From Candidatus Omnitrophota bacterium (GTDB lineage Bacteria > Omnitrophota > Gorgyraeia > Duberdicusellales > 4484-171): a stretch of DNA of 64,000 nt. The translations under genes and the position numbers were made by a program. The notes beneath the pieces were generated by a model. The model searched no databases. It was not told the DNA's origin and saw only the letters and a list, made by a program, of their open reading frames with translations. Positions 47,476 to 57,621 of this stretch are shown here, piece by piece. Each line of letters starts with the position of its first letter. Position 1 is the stretch's first letter. The DNA lies in the NCBI GenBank assembly GCA_016935525.1, contig JAFGQU010000013.1, positions 90,523 through 154,522 on the forward strand. Reading direction: 5' to 3'.

Positions 47476-48285
47476 ATGACCCAGAAAGCGATTATCGAAA
47501 AACATTTTTCTAAGCTGGCTGATGTGTGGAAAGATAATATATATAAGCCGATACATCATCAAGGGGTTTTCGATTATTTTGATAAACAGTATCGATTTGA
47601 TCATGTCGTCAGGATGATCGGACATATCCCGGAAAAAAAGGGGAAAGCTCTTGATGTCGGTTGCGGAGCCGGACAATTATTACCGGTTTTATATAATTAT
47701 AATTACGATGTTTTCGCTATTGATGTGTCAGAAGCCATGCTGTCTCGCGCCCGAGAAGTATGCCAAAAGCATAATATTCACGCGAATATCGAATGGGGCG
47801 ATTGCGAAAAGCTGAAATATCCCGATTCTTTTTTTGATTTATATGTCGCGATGGGGGTCATTGAATATATGGATACCGATACGCCGATGATTCACGAAAT
47901 ATACAGGCTTTTGACACCGGATGGTACAGCTATTGTTACCACGCGGAATATCCGCTGTCTCCATATCCGTTGGAGAAACTTTTTTCAAAAAAACATAGAA
48001 ACACCTTTGAAGAATTTAGTACGCTTTATATCTAAACGTCCCCTCAAAGAATATGGGGGTATTTCCCGGGAACACGACCCATCCCGGCTTTGTCAATTAA
48101 TCAAAGAGCAGGGGTTTGATGTAGTAGAGCAACGGTATGTCCATTTTCATTTTTTACCCGCGCCTCTCGATCGCTGGTTAAAACCGGTAGAGGCGATAGT
48201 GGGGAAATGGATGGAACGGCATTTCGGTGGAGCAAAATTCTCTTTTCTCGCTTCGGCATATATAGTGAAATTTCAGAAAAAATAA
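47476..48285 (+). CDS. class I SAM-dependent methyltransferase
   Basis: ALDVGCGAGQLL is motif I. MGVIEYM and LTPDGTAIVTT follow. Confidence 0.75.
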   Translation: MTQKAIIEKHFSKLADVWKDNIYKPIHHQGVFDYFDKQYRFDHVVRMIGHIPEKKGKALDVGCGAGQLLPVLYNYNYDVFAIDVSEAMLSRAREVCQKHNIHANIEWGDCEKLKYPDSFFDLYVAMGVIEYMDTDTPMIHEIYRLLTPDGTAIVTTRNIRCLHIRWRNFFQKNIETPLKNLVRFISKRPLKEYGGISREHDPSRLCQLIKEQGFDVVEQRYVHFHFLPAPLDRWLKPVEAIVGKWMERHFGGAKFSFLASAYIVKFQKK

Positions 48286-48287
48286 TT

Positions 48288-49304
48288 ATGTTATCATTGC
48301 ATTCGATCACTGCTCAGATTAAAAAAAAAGGCAAGAATATTTATTATTCCTTTGCCTCTTTTTCTCCCTTATCCCCGTGCGCGATAATATTTTTATTCCA
48401 TACCGTAGAATCGCAAAGCTCTCCCTGGACGGCCGGGCATCGCTACATCACTCCCTACAGGATATTCCAGAAACAGATACGCTTTATTAAAGATAACTTT
48501 TCTGTGGTGCCGACGAGCGTTTTAGTCGGGGCATTAAGTAAGAGTGAACTTAAGTGTCCCCTGGCGTCTATCCATTTTGATGACGGGTTTCGTTCTTATC
48601 AGGATATCGCGTTGCCTTATCTGAAACGGGAGTCAGTCCCTTCGACTGTTTTTCTTGTCGATGCGGTCCTTAAAGGATATATCCCTTTACGGAACAGGCT
48701 TGCCTTTTGTCTTAATACCGGTAATAAAAAAAGATTGTTTCGCGCAATCGAAGAATATACACACACAAAGTCAGCCCAAAAAAGTAAGATTGGTAAAATG
48801 AATGTTTATGATTTTTTAGCATGGATAAAGAATCGTATGGATCCGCAGATAGAGAATATAATTAATAGGGAATTTTTACTGTGTCAAAATGATCTCTCTG
48901 TGCGGTCACCGTTTATCGGTAGTAAGGATGCGATTGAGTTAAGCAGAGATCCTGATGTTGAGATCGGTTCACATACGTTAACTCATCCCATGCTGACCGA
49001 TCTGAATGCGGAAGAACAGAAAAAGGAGATCATCACCGGACATGAGAATCTTGAAAACATATTAGGCAAAAAAATACATTTTTTTGCTTATCCCCATGGA
49101 GGGAAAACCCATTTTAATGAAACAAGCCGGGCCATTATTCTCGAGCAGGGTCATATGGTCGCATTCAGCAGTTACGGCGGAGTGAATCCCGATTATCAAC
49201 GGGATGATATCCGCCGTATTACTCTGACCGATCATTCGACTCTTGATATAAAGAGTACGGTGTTGAGTAATTACCGTAAATCTTCATCTTCAATTAATGT
49301 ATAG
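48288..49304 (+). CDS. polysaccharide deacetylase (carbohydrate esterase family 4, NodB domain)
   Basis: IHFDDGFRSY is CE4 motif 1 with its Asp-Asp. The later HTLTHP region gives the His-His metal site. Start at ATG 48288. Confidence 0.7.
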   Translation: MLSLHSITAQIKKKGKNIYYSFASFSPLSPCAIIFLFHTVESQSSPWTAGHRYITPYRIFQKQIRFIKDNFSVVPTSVLVGALSKSELKCPLASIHFDDGFRSYQDIALPYLKRESVPSTVFLVDAVLKGYIPLRNRLAFCLNTGNKKRLFRAIEEYTHTKSAQKSKIGKMNVYDFLAWIKNRMDPQIENIINREFLLCQNDLSVRSPFIGSKDAIELSRDPDVEIGSHTLTHPMLTDLNAEEQKKEIITGHENLENILGKKIHFFAYPHGGKTHFNETSRAIILEQGHMVAFSSYGGVNPDYQRDDIRRITLTDHSTLDIKSTVLSNYRKSSSSINV

Positions 49305-49313
49305 GGTCAAAGC

Positions 49314-50291
49314 ATGTCTTCTAAGGTGAGTAAGTCTATTCCCATTGGCTGGGTAGTGCCGAAACTGTTGCCATATCCGATGGTTATGGCCTCAACACGG
49401 TTACGGGTATATGATGTCATTCGTTATTTACGGGAGAATGGTCTTGCCACTGAGTCGTACCGACCGTGGGGGGGATATAAGGTCGTTATATTCCAGAAAT
49501 GTTTTCATAAAAAAGCCATCCGGCTTGCGCAAAAGCTGCGTAAGAAAAATATCAAGGTGGTGCTTGATATCAATGTGAATTATATTGATGGTGATCCTGC
49601 ATTTGTTACCGATGAACATAGGAAAAATATTCTGGATATGCTTTCGGTATGTGATGCGGTAATCACCCCGTCCCAATATCTGCGGGACCTTTACGCGAGA
49701 CATCATCACTTTTGTTTTCTTATCGAAGAGATCATTGAAGATAGGTTCCTTTCGGTACGCAAGATGCATAACGATATACAAAAGGTTATGGTCATTTTTT
49801 GCGGGTATGCGATAAAGGCCAGAGAGGTCTATATGATCGGTGATCTGATAAGGTCGCTGTATCAACGTAGAAAAATAGAATTTACCTGTATATGTGAAAA
49901 AGATCCGCGGCTCCAAGATGTTCCCTATCAGTTTGTTCGGTATAATCATAAACGGTTGCCTCAGTTGTTGCTCAAAGGAGATATCAAGATCAGTCCGCGC
50001 GATATGGAAAGAAAATATAATCTCGGGCATACGTTTACCCGTATCGGCTATCCCATGGCAGTAGGATTACCCGTTGTGGCCAGTCCGTTGGCGGCTTATA
50101 AAGGGTCGCCGGCATTGCTTTGTAATACCCAGGATGATTGGACAAAGGGCCTGGAACGTTTGATCTCGGATTGGCGGTATCGCCGGGAATTAGGAGAAAA
50201 AGGACAGGCGTTTGTCCGTGATCATTTTACAAAAGGGCCGATTATCCGGAAATATTTAGATTTTTTTAGCCAGGTCATGCAAGAATCATGA
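49314..50291 (+). CDS. GT-B fold glycosyltransferase-like protein
   Basis: The C-terminal block GYPMAVGLPVVASP is typical of GT1/GT4 donor-binding halves. It is divergent. Confidence 0.45.
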   Translation: MSSKVSKSIPIGWVVPKLLPYPMVMASTRLRVYDVIRYLRENGLATESYRPWGGYKVVIFQKCFHKKAIRLAQKLRKKNIKVVLDINVNYIDGDPAFVTDEHRKNILDMLSVCDAVITPSQYLRDLYARHHHFCFLIEEIIEDRFLSVRKMHNDIQKVMVIFCGYAIKAREVYMIGDLIRSLYQRRKIEFTCICEKDPRLQDVPYQFVRYNHKRLPQLLLKGDIKISPRDMERKYNLGHTFTRIGYPMAVGLPVVASPLAAYKGSPALLCNTQDDWTKGLERLISDWRYRRELGEKGQAFVRDHFTKGPIIRKYLDFFSQVMQES

Positions 50292-51268
50292 GAATTTGCC
50301 TTTACTACCGCACAATCGATAAACCATGGGGAGGAGCTAACTCTTTTATCGTCAACCTCCGTAATTTCTTTATGAAGAATGATGTCGAAATAACGACGGA
50401 TATAAATTCCCAATATGATGTCCTTTTCCTTAACGGAGCTTATAAGGCGCCGGGAAAGATGTTTGATCTTTCATCCATACGGGCGATAAAACGTTATGGA
50501 TACGCTTCTTTCATAAAACGGATATTTGGTCAAAAAAGAAAAGTGAAAATAGTATATCGGTTGGATGGTTTACGGAAAATATATGCCGGTGTGAACAGTA
50601 AAATGGATACGATCCAGCTTCAGTGTCTGCCGTATGCCGATCATATCATTTTCCAGAGTAAATTCGCTCATCAGATTTTTTCTGATGCAGGATATAACGG
50701 GAATAATTTTTCTGTTATTCATAATGGGGTTAATACGAATATGTTCAATATAGCCGGGCGTGACTTTTGGGATGGAAAATATCCTTTAAAGATCGTTGCC
50801 TGTTCCTGGTCGGCAAATCCGGCAAAAGGCCATGCGATAATAGCCCGCTATGCGGATGTGGAGGGAGTAGAAGTCCATTATGTAGGCAAATGGCCGCAAA
50901 ATATCTCATCAGGCAAGGTTATTTGCCACGGCCCATTACCACAGAGAGAAATAGCGGAAATATTTAAACAATCTCATGTATTTCTTTTTCCGGCACTTCA
51001 AGAGGCTTGTTCGAACACTCTGTTGGAGGCATTAGCGTGCGGGTTACCGGTGCTTTATATCGATAGCGGCAGTAACCGGGAAATTGCCGGAGAGTACGGG
51101 ATAGAACTAAGAGAAGAATCTTTTGAAAGATCTATTACCTATATGCGGGAGCAATACGGTCTGTTGCGAGCTAGAATAGAGAATGAAAATAAAAAGTTTT
51201 CTATAGGATGTGTGGGGGAAAAATATCTTGAAATATGCCAAAAGTTATGCCATGGATCTGATAGCTGA
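50288..51268 (+). CDS. glycosyltransferase family 4 (GT-B)
   Basis: FPALQEACSNTLLEALACGLPVLY (EX7E motif). Confidence 0.7.
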   Translation: MRICLYYRTIDKPWGGANSFIVNLRNFFMKNDVEITTDINSQYDVLFLNGAYKAPGKMFDLSSIRAIKRYGYASFIKRIFGQKRKVKIVYRLDGLRKIYAGVNSKMDTIQLQCLPYADHIIFQSKFAHQIFSDAGYNGNNFSVIHNGVNTNMFNIAGRDFWDGKYPLKIVACSWSANPAKGHAIIARYADVEGVEVHYVGKWPQNISSGKVICHGPLPQREIAEIFKQSHVFLFPALQEACSNTLLEALACGLPVLYIDSGSNREIAGEYGIELREESFERSITYMREQYGLLRARIENENKKFSIGCVGEKYLEICQKLCHGSDS

Positions 51269-52346
51269 AACCAAACAAAGTTCGCTTTTGTTTCTTGATA
51301 AGGTTTATCAGGGAGATGGTTTCTTTGCTTATTCTTTAGAGTACGACCGTTATTCAAAGGATTCTAACTGGTGGGGATTGGCTAATACGGTTTTTGCCGT
51401 CAAGACTTATCATATTCTGCGTTCTTTAACCAGTTTGGATGAACAGCGAAAAAAGGATATTGTTGATTTCATGCAATCTTTCCATCGAGGGGGAGGAGTA
51501 TATAGCGACAAATTGGTGTGTAGAGAGACAAGGCTCTACAATAAACTTGCTGCAATAAAACATTTTAATTTTTCTAATTTTTTCGGCCAAAAAACGGTTA
51601 TAGCTGAAACCAGACAGGCCGTAGCAGCCTTGTTTATTAGTGGTTCGCGGCCTGTAGAAATGTTCGATGACATACCCTATACCGTAAGAGATGTCGATAA
51701 GTATTTTAATAGTCTTAATTGGCGCAATATATGGGGGGCGGCTAGTCATGTCGGGCATCTGGTCTTTTTTTATAAAATGAATGCTGATTTATTTGGACAT
51801 AATAAAGGACTTAATCAGGAATTGATTGCTTATTGTTTGCATAAATTGACGATATTACAGAATCCTAAAGATGGGCTGTGGTATAAGCAGGAGGTTTCAG
51901 CTAAACAGAAAATTAACGCTGCGATGAAAATAATATCTGCTTTCAATATCGCTGACAAAAAAGATATCCCTTACGCTGAAAAGATTATAGATTTTATGCT
52001 TTCTCTGAAAGATGATTACTACCGCAATGGAGATGGGTGTGATAATTTAAATTCTATGTTCGTAATGAAATATGCTCTCGATAGCGCCGGGCCTAATTAT
52101 AAAGAGAATAATGTGCATGATTTCTGTTGGAACGCTCTCGATCGGTATAAAACCTATGCTTATCCGGAAGAAGGAGGTTTTACTTTTTTGCGCAATGCCG
52201 GGCCTCGTAAATGGTATGGTATGGAAATTACAAAAAAATTTAGTGGTCCGGATATCCAGGGGACTTTTATGTTTACGTGGGCAATATCTCTTGCTGCCTT
52301 TTTATTGAAAATTAACTGGGAAGAATTTCAGGAAATAATAAATTAA
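51252..52346 (+). CDS. hypothetical alpha/alpha-toroid-like protein (prenyltransferase/terpene-cyclase-type repeats)
   Basis: Recurrent motifs GGGVYSD, QNPKDGLWY and EEGGFTF resemble the QxxDGGW/GGF repeats of PFTB/SQHop-cyclase-like toroids. No catalytic assignment is possible. Confidence 0.3.
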   Translation: MDLIAETKQSSLLFLDKVYQGDGFFAYSLEYDRYSKDSNWWGLANTVFAVKTYHILRSLTSLDEQRKKDIVDFMQSFHRGGGVYSDKLVCRETRLYNKLAAIKHFNFSNFFGQKTVIAETRQAVAALFISGSRPVEMFDDIPYTVRDVDKYFNSLNWRNIWGAASHVGHLVFFYKMNADLFGHNKGLNQELIAYCLHKLTILQNPKDGLWYKQEVSAKQKINAAMKIISAFNIADKKDIPYAEKIIDFMLSLKDDYYRNGDGCDNLNSMFVMKYALDSAGPNYKENNVHDFCWNALDRYKTYAYPEEGGFTFLRNAGPRKWYGMEITKKFSGPDIQGTFMFTWAISLAAFLLKINWEEFQEIIN

Positions 52347-52349
52347 AAT

Positions 52350-53480
52350 ATGAAAATAGCCCTTGTTTTCACTTTTAATGTCTCCGTCCGGATATGGCAT
52401 GCTCGGGGGTTCTTGAGCCGGGAAAGAGCTATTTACGAAAAACTGATGTCAGCAGGGGGGGTAGATGAGATCTATTGGTTTACGTATGGTATAGATGATG
52501 CCGGGTATCAACACTATTTGCCGTCAACTATCAAGATAATCCCTGCCCCGCGATTTTGCCGTAATCCTCTAGGAAAAATAATATATTCGTTTCTTATGCC
52601 TGTTATTCAACGTCACTGGTTCAGGCAATGTGATCTTATCAAGACAAACCAGGTTAAAGGAGCGTGGACTGCGCTTATAGTTAAGTTGTTTTTGCGGAAA
52701 AAGATTATTGTGAGAGCAGGATATTTGTGGAGTCGGGTCGCAGTTCAATCTAAATATGCCGGGTCTCTGGACCGTTTTTCTCATCTTGTCGAAAAAGTAT
52801 GTTTTCAGAAAGCTGATTGTGTGATGGTAACTGCCCTGTCACATAAACAATATATCATGAAACATTATCTGGTATCTGAAGAAAAAATAAAAGTAATACC
52901 TAATTGTATCGATACGGAAATTTTTAAGCCGATACCGGGAATCGAAAAGTTTCGTGACCGGATAATCTATGTAGGCAGGATCTCTTCCGAGAAAAATATC
53001 CCGATGGTCATCGAGACGCTTTCCGGTACAGATTATGAGTTGGATATATATGGCGAAGGAGATAAGAATCAGCAAGATTCCCTCGCTGATTTAGCTGATA
53101 AGCTCAAGGTCAAAGTGCGTTTTCAGGGGACGGTTGATAATGCTTTTTTGCCGGAAACATTGAACAAGTACAGAGTTTTTGTCCTTTATTCGGAATATGA
53201 AGGCATGCCTAAAGCGTTATTGGAAGCGATGGCTTGCGGATTGGTGTGTGTAGGAACCCGAGTCGAAGGGATCCTCGATATCATCCGGGATAATGAGACC
53301 GGAATATTGGTGGAAAAAGGGAATATAACACAGCTTACCGCTACGTTACATAAAATATTTACCGATAATAACTTCACGGAATCGTTAAGCCGTAATGCGG
53401 TTGAATATATAAAGCAAAACTTTACTACCGAAAAAATAGCTCAAGAGGAAGATACAGTTATCCGATCGTTTTTGTATTAA
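52350..53480 (+). CDS. glycosyltransferase family 4 (GT-B)
   Basis: YSEYEGMPKALLEAMACGLVCVGT (EX7E) and the upstream GRISSEKN donor-binding block. Confidence 0.8.
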   Translation: MKIALVFTFNVSVRIWHARGFLSRERAIYEKLMSAGGVDEIYWFTYGIDDAGYQHYLPSTIKIIPAPRFCRNPLGKIIYSFLMPVIQRHWFRQCDLIKTNQVKGAWTALIVKLFLRKKIIVRAGYLWSRVAVQSKYAGSLDRFSHLVEKVCFQKADCVMVTALSHKQYIMKHYLVSEEKIKVIPNCIDTEIFKPIPGIEKFRDRIIYVGRISSEKNIPMVIETLSGTDYELDIYGEGDKNQQDSLADLADKLKVKVRFQGTVDNAFLPETLNKYRVFVLYSEYEGMPKALLEAMACGLVCVGTRVEGILDIIRDNETGILVEKGNITQLTATLHKIFTDNNFTESLSRNAVEYIKQNFTTEKIAQEEDTVIRSFLY

Positions 53481-53509
53481 ATAGAGTTCTCGACGTTTAT
53501 GCGGTATTT

Positions 53510-55753
53510 ATGAAGAGGGTATTACGCGCCATACTTATTATATTCATAATCGGGATAGCCGCTTTTTTTATCTCTTTTCCGATATTTAGTAAGGTCTCAC
53601 CGTTAAAACATCCTAAATCAGCTTTAAAAGATTATATGCGTAATATCCAGAGAGAATGGGATTACATGATGTTTTTGTGTTTTCCAAAGCCGCAGTCGAC
53701 ACTATCTGTTTCTCCTGCAATGTTGCCGATAAAAATTCCATTAGATATCTTAGGTGAATATCCTTCATCAAACGCCGTATCGGGATTTTTCCTTTTTTCA
53801 CCGGGCCGGGTTTTTGATTATAATATTTTCTCTCTGTATTCAGAACCTTTGGGTATTCCGGTGGATGTGCAGCATAAGATAATGTCTCGGTGGCCGGATG
53901 GGTCCGCGAAATGTGTCCATGTGGTCGCTGTCGCTGACGCGGATCTTTTAAAGAGTGGGGATTTATATTTGATCGTGGATAAACAAAGAAAAGATTCTAC
54001 GATTACACGGTCTCAGGAGGTTCCATCTGTTTTCCACCGGCAGACTTTCATCAAAAATATCCGGGTAAATATGGGGGTAGAAGGTAAACGTTTTACTCAA
54101 ACAACATCGAATATCGATCGTAATAAGTGGGAGAAAGGACCTGTTCGGTGGCAGACTTATGATCATAGGCGGAGTAAGTATATTGAAGCACTCTTTTTAC
54201 AGAAATATTTTGCGGATTTACCCCAAAAGACGATTCAGTTAACGGCAAAATATACATATCCGCAAGAAAAAGATGTGGTGGATTTTGATTTTCTGGAATG
54301 GCAGATCAGTTTCGATAAGACGTTAAATAACTGGCGTGTCGTTGATCCCGATCGGGGAATTTTTTCTGTTTTTTTTGATGGGGAAGAAGTCTATGTGTAT
54401 CTACCCTGGTTTTCGGAGATCTTCCGTTGGATCCATATAGGTGTCCAGGGGAATGTATTGTCTATAAGATTTTCTCCGAATAAAGATGGACCCATGTATA
54501 TTCATTTAGGATCCGGTAATACGATAAATGTCCATTTATTTGCGGTAGATAAAAATAAGGGAGAGAATGTCTTAAGCAAATTGATTTCCCCTGACGAATA
54601 TGTCTCTCTTGTGCCCAAAGATGTAGAAGCTGAAGGCTTATGGTATTACTATTCTCCGGAAAATATCCCGGAATCATCTTTGCGAAAATTAGAAGAGATA
54701 ATCGGTTTTTATAGAAACCATTTCCGTATTGCTCCAACTGATTATAATCATCCCCGGTTAGATTCAGAACCGCCTCCGGCCGTACATAGTCTATTTTTCC
54801 GCCGGGGAGCTTTGGCGAATCGGGGAGGAGAGTCGCTATATACACGGGGAGGAGATAAGCTTTCAAGAGATTATCGTCAGGGAGATCTCTCATATTATCT
54901 GCTTCTTTATTATTACCATTGTAAGGATATCCTTGCCAAAGAGGTTGCTCTGGATTACGCTCGTTATGTATGTGATAACGGAATAATGTCCCATAATAAA
55001 GGGTATTGGAATGGCAGTATGCGGTATTATACTGCGCACGATTACAGTGAATCGGTATATAATCGTTTTTCGGGTATTCTTGCTGCCTATTATACGACCA
55101 ATAGTTATTATTTTTATCTTATGAGTAAAAGAGTCGCCGATGCCGGATATTTCCGTTTAACTGCCAATGGCGAGCTCCTTTCGGTTGACCAGAGCGGTGC
55201 CGTGAGTGATATCACGTTAAGCCGGACTCCGTATCTTGCCTATGATTATATCCTCGCGTTTCAGACTTTCGGAGACGCTCGCTACCTTTATACAGCAGAA
55301 AAACTTATGGATTTTCTCCGTTATTCGCAGAATCCCGGTATTCCCTATTGGTATATGTCATGGAATTGGCGGCAAAAACAATGGGCTCCGGTTTCTTCTC
55401 GAAATAACCCGGGTGATAGTTTTCGTAATTTCTATGCGTATGCGTTTAGCGGTATTTATCTGGCTTTAATGGAATATGACGGGGGGTTGCCTGAGAAAAA
55501 TATCCCTTATTTAGAACAAATGCTCCGTGTCGAACATCGGTATTTCCCGGAACACATCATGTATGATCCCCGTTGGGGATTGATGTATTTACTTTATTCT
55601 CATGGGATGGGAGATGAGGAATATTTTCAGGCAACTAAAGATGCTCTGGAGGAATTTGAGAAAGATGTCTGGCCGGTCCTTTCCAACCAGCGTATGAAAG
55701 AAAACCTGCTTTTTATTCCTTTGACCTACCGATCGATGTCAGATTTCAATTGA
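53510..55753 (+). CDS. large membrane-anchored hypothetical protein (747 aa), possible polysaccharide-processing enzyme
   Basis: A single N-terminal TM helix, then about 700 aa rich in Tyr/Trp with no motif I recognise. It is the largest ORF of the island. Confidence 0.3.
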   Translation: MKRVLRAILIIFIIGIAAFFISFPIFSKVSPLKHPKSALKDYMRNIQREWDYMMFLCFPKPQSTLSVSPAMLPIKIPLDILGEYPSSNAVSGFFLFSPGRVFDYNIFSLYSEPLGIPVDVQHKIMSRWPDGSAKCVHVVAVADADLLKSGDLYLIVDKQRKDSTITRSQEVPSVFHRQTFIKNIRVNMGVEGKRFTQTTSNIDRNKWEKGPVRWQTYDHRRSKYIEALFLQKYFADLPQKTIQLTAKYTYPQEKDVVDFDFLEWQISFDKTLNNWRVVDPDRGIFSVFFDGEEVYVYLPWFSEIFRWIHIGVQGNVLSIRFSPNKDGPMYIHLGSGNTINVHLFAVDKNKGENVLSKLISPDEYVSLVPKDVEAEGLWYYYSPENIPESSLRKLEEIIGFYRNHFRIAPTDYNHPRLDSEPPPAVHSLFFRRGALANRGGESLYTRGGDKLSRDYRQGDLSYYLLLYYYHCKDILAKEVALDYARYVCDNGIMSHNKGYWNGSMRYYTAHDYSESVYNRFSGILAAYYTTNSYYFYLMSKRVADAGYFRLTANGELLSVDQSGAVSDITLSRTPYLAYDYILAFQTFGDARYLYTAEKLMDFLRYSQNPGIPYWYMSWNWRQKQWAPVSSRNNPGDSFRNFYAYAFSGIYLALMEYDGGLPEKNIPYLEQMLRVEHRYFPEHIMYDPRWGLMYLLYSHGMGDEEYFQATKDALEEFEKDVWPVLSNQRMKENLLFIPLTYRSMSDFN

Positions 55754-56685
55754 TCCGGCTGTTTATAAAATACTACGTTAAGAAAGGGAGCCGTACGAGT
55801 GAGCGGAATGCGAAATAGACGCGAGCAGACGGTAGCTATTAAAAGTGTACAGTATTTGAGACTTGTTTTTCTTATATCATATTGTCCGGGAAATATAGCG
55901 TCTCTATCATGGTAACCCGTTTCTTTGGATATATCTATTACTGGAGAAGATAGATTTGTGGGGAATAGCTCGGAATATGTAGCTCCTTGCCAGCCGGAGC
56001 CTGGTTCAGTAAATTGTTTTTTTCCGCCTTTTGCCTTACCGAAAAGTTTCGCGTAATAATAAGCCGTATTCGGTTCTAAAAATTGTATAAACGGTAAATG
56101 CGTGGAATGGACTTCGATCGGAAATAATCTATTCGGGGTATCAAAAAATCCTATCAAGCCTCCCGGTTTCAGTTTACGGTAATATGCAGTTATATGTTTT
56201 TGCCGGTTGGGATAATCGATATGTTCAACTACGGCTAAAGCGATGACCAGATCAAAAAAATTGTCGGGATACGGTAATTGAATAGAATTAGGATCGGCAA
56301 TATGGTCTATGCTTCTCACTTTTTCCAATTTTAATTCTTCTTTTTTTATTTTGGTTATTTCGACCATCTTTTTGTCGATATCGAACGTGTAAATCTCTTC
56401 CACACATAGTTGTTCATTAAGATATTCGGTAATATGTCCGGTCGAACATCCAATCTCTAAGACTTTCATATTTTTATATCCGTGAGCATGGAGATAATCA
56501 AAAAGAGGCTGCAGGAATTTTGATCTTTTTTCTTTTAAAGAAAGATAAATAAGAGCGCGTTCCAGGCCTTTGCGTTCAATGATCGTGTCAATTACCTTTT
56601 TGCTGTAATAAGTTTTCGTTTCCTGCAAATTCGTTTTCAAGATACGATATTCTCCGGTATCAATAATCGAGTAAGTTTCGGCCAT
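55726..56685 (-). CDS. class I SAM-dependent methyltransferase (minus strand)
   Basis: VLEIGCSTGHITEYL is motif I. LVIALAVVEHI and LKPGGLIGFFDTP follow. Its 3' end converges on, and overlaps, the 747-aa ORF by 28 nt. Confidence 0.75.
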   Translation of the reverse strand: MAETYSIIDTGEYRILKTNLQETKTYYSKKVIDTIIERKGLERALIYLSLKEKRSKFLQPLFDYLHAHGYKNMKVLEIGCSTGHITEYLNEQLCVEEIYTFDIDKKMVEITKIKKEELKLEKVRSIDHIADPNSIQLPYPDNFFDLVIALAVVEHIDYPNRQKHITAYYRKLKPGGLIGFFDTPNRLFPIEVHSTHLPFIQFLEPNTAYYYAKLFGKAKGGKKQFTEPGSGWQGATYSELFPTNLSSPVIDISKETGYHDRDAIFPGQYDIRKTSLKYCTLLIATVCSRLFRIPLTRTAPFLNVVFYKQPDQLKSDIDR

Positions 56686-56808
56686 GATTGTGTGTATTGG
56701 GTTTAATTATATGCCTTGCAAGTTTTGTAGGGTTCGGATAAACTTATACATAATAATAAAAATAATAAGGGATTATACAACATTTTCAGCTTATTGTCAG
56801 GGAAATAA

Positions 56809-57621
56809 ATGCCGAAAGCTCAAACTTTTTATGATCTAAGTCGTGATGCTCTTGTGATGGTGAGTAATAACGCTACGGCCAGGTATTGGGACCAACTCTG
56901 GCGTGATTCACAAAAAGATATCAAAAAAGCGGTTACTCAAAGATATAATTACATGCTCCGTAAATTTGTCCCCCGGTATCTATCTCAAGGCGCAAAAATA
57001 CTGGATGCTGGCTGCGGTGTGGGAGATAAAGTCTATATGTTGAAAAAGATGGGATACGATGCATATGGTGTTGATTTTGCCGAAGAAACAGTGAAAAGAG
57101 TTACTGCTTATTTTCCGGATATAAATATCAAGTGCGCGGATGTCCGGGGCCTATCTTTTCCCGATAAAATGTTTGATGCCTATCTCTCTTTCGGGGTTAT
57201 TGAACATTTTTTTGAAGGATATGGAGAAGTTATCGATGAGGCCCGCCGGGTCCTTTGTGATAAGGGGTATCTCTTTTTAGCTTTTCCCCATATTTCGCCA
57301 TTACGGCGTTGGAAAATACGATTCAATAGGTATTCTCACATAACCATGCCGGAACAGACTAAGGAAAAGTTCTATCAATTTTTTCTCAATGTGCCGGAAG
57401 TTATTCGAGAAGTTGAGTCAAAAGGATTTTCCGTTGTTTCGGTTTATCCGTTTGATGCCGTAAAGGGGTGGAAAGATGAGGTGTCTTTATTGAATCCGGC
57501 ATTTTCGTATATTTACAATTCTCAACATATTTTTTTAAAAGGTGTAAAGTTTTTTATCGACCGTTTGACTTCCTTCCTGGCCGGACATACCGTTTTAATC
57601 ATCTTCCAAAAAAATGTGTAA
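56809..57621 (+). CDS. class I SAM-dependent methyltransferase
   Basis: ILDAGCGVGDKVYML is motif I. SFGVIEHF and LCDKGYLFLAFP follow. Confidence 0.75.
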   Translation: MPKAQTFYDLSRDALVMVSNNATARYWDQLWRDSQKDIKKAVTQRYNYMLRKFVPRYLSQGAKILDAGCGVGDKVYMLKKMGYDAYGVDFAEETVKRVTAYFPDINIKCADVRGLSFPDKMFDAYLSFGVIEHFFEGYGEVIDEARRVLCDKGYLFLAFPHISPLRRWKIRFNRYSHITMPEQTKEKFYQFFLNVPEVIREVESKGFSVVSVYPFDAVKGWKDEVSLLNPAFSYIYNSQHIFLKGVKFFIDRLTSFLAGHTVLIIFQKNV

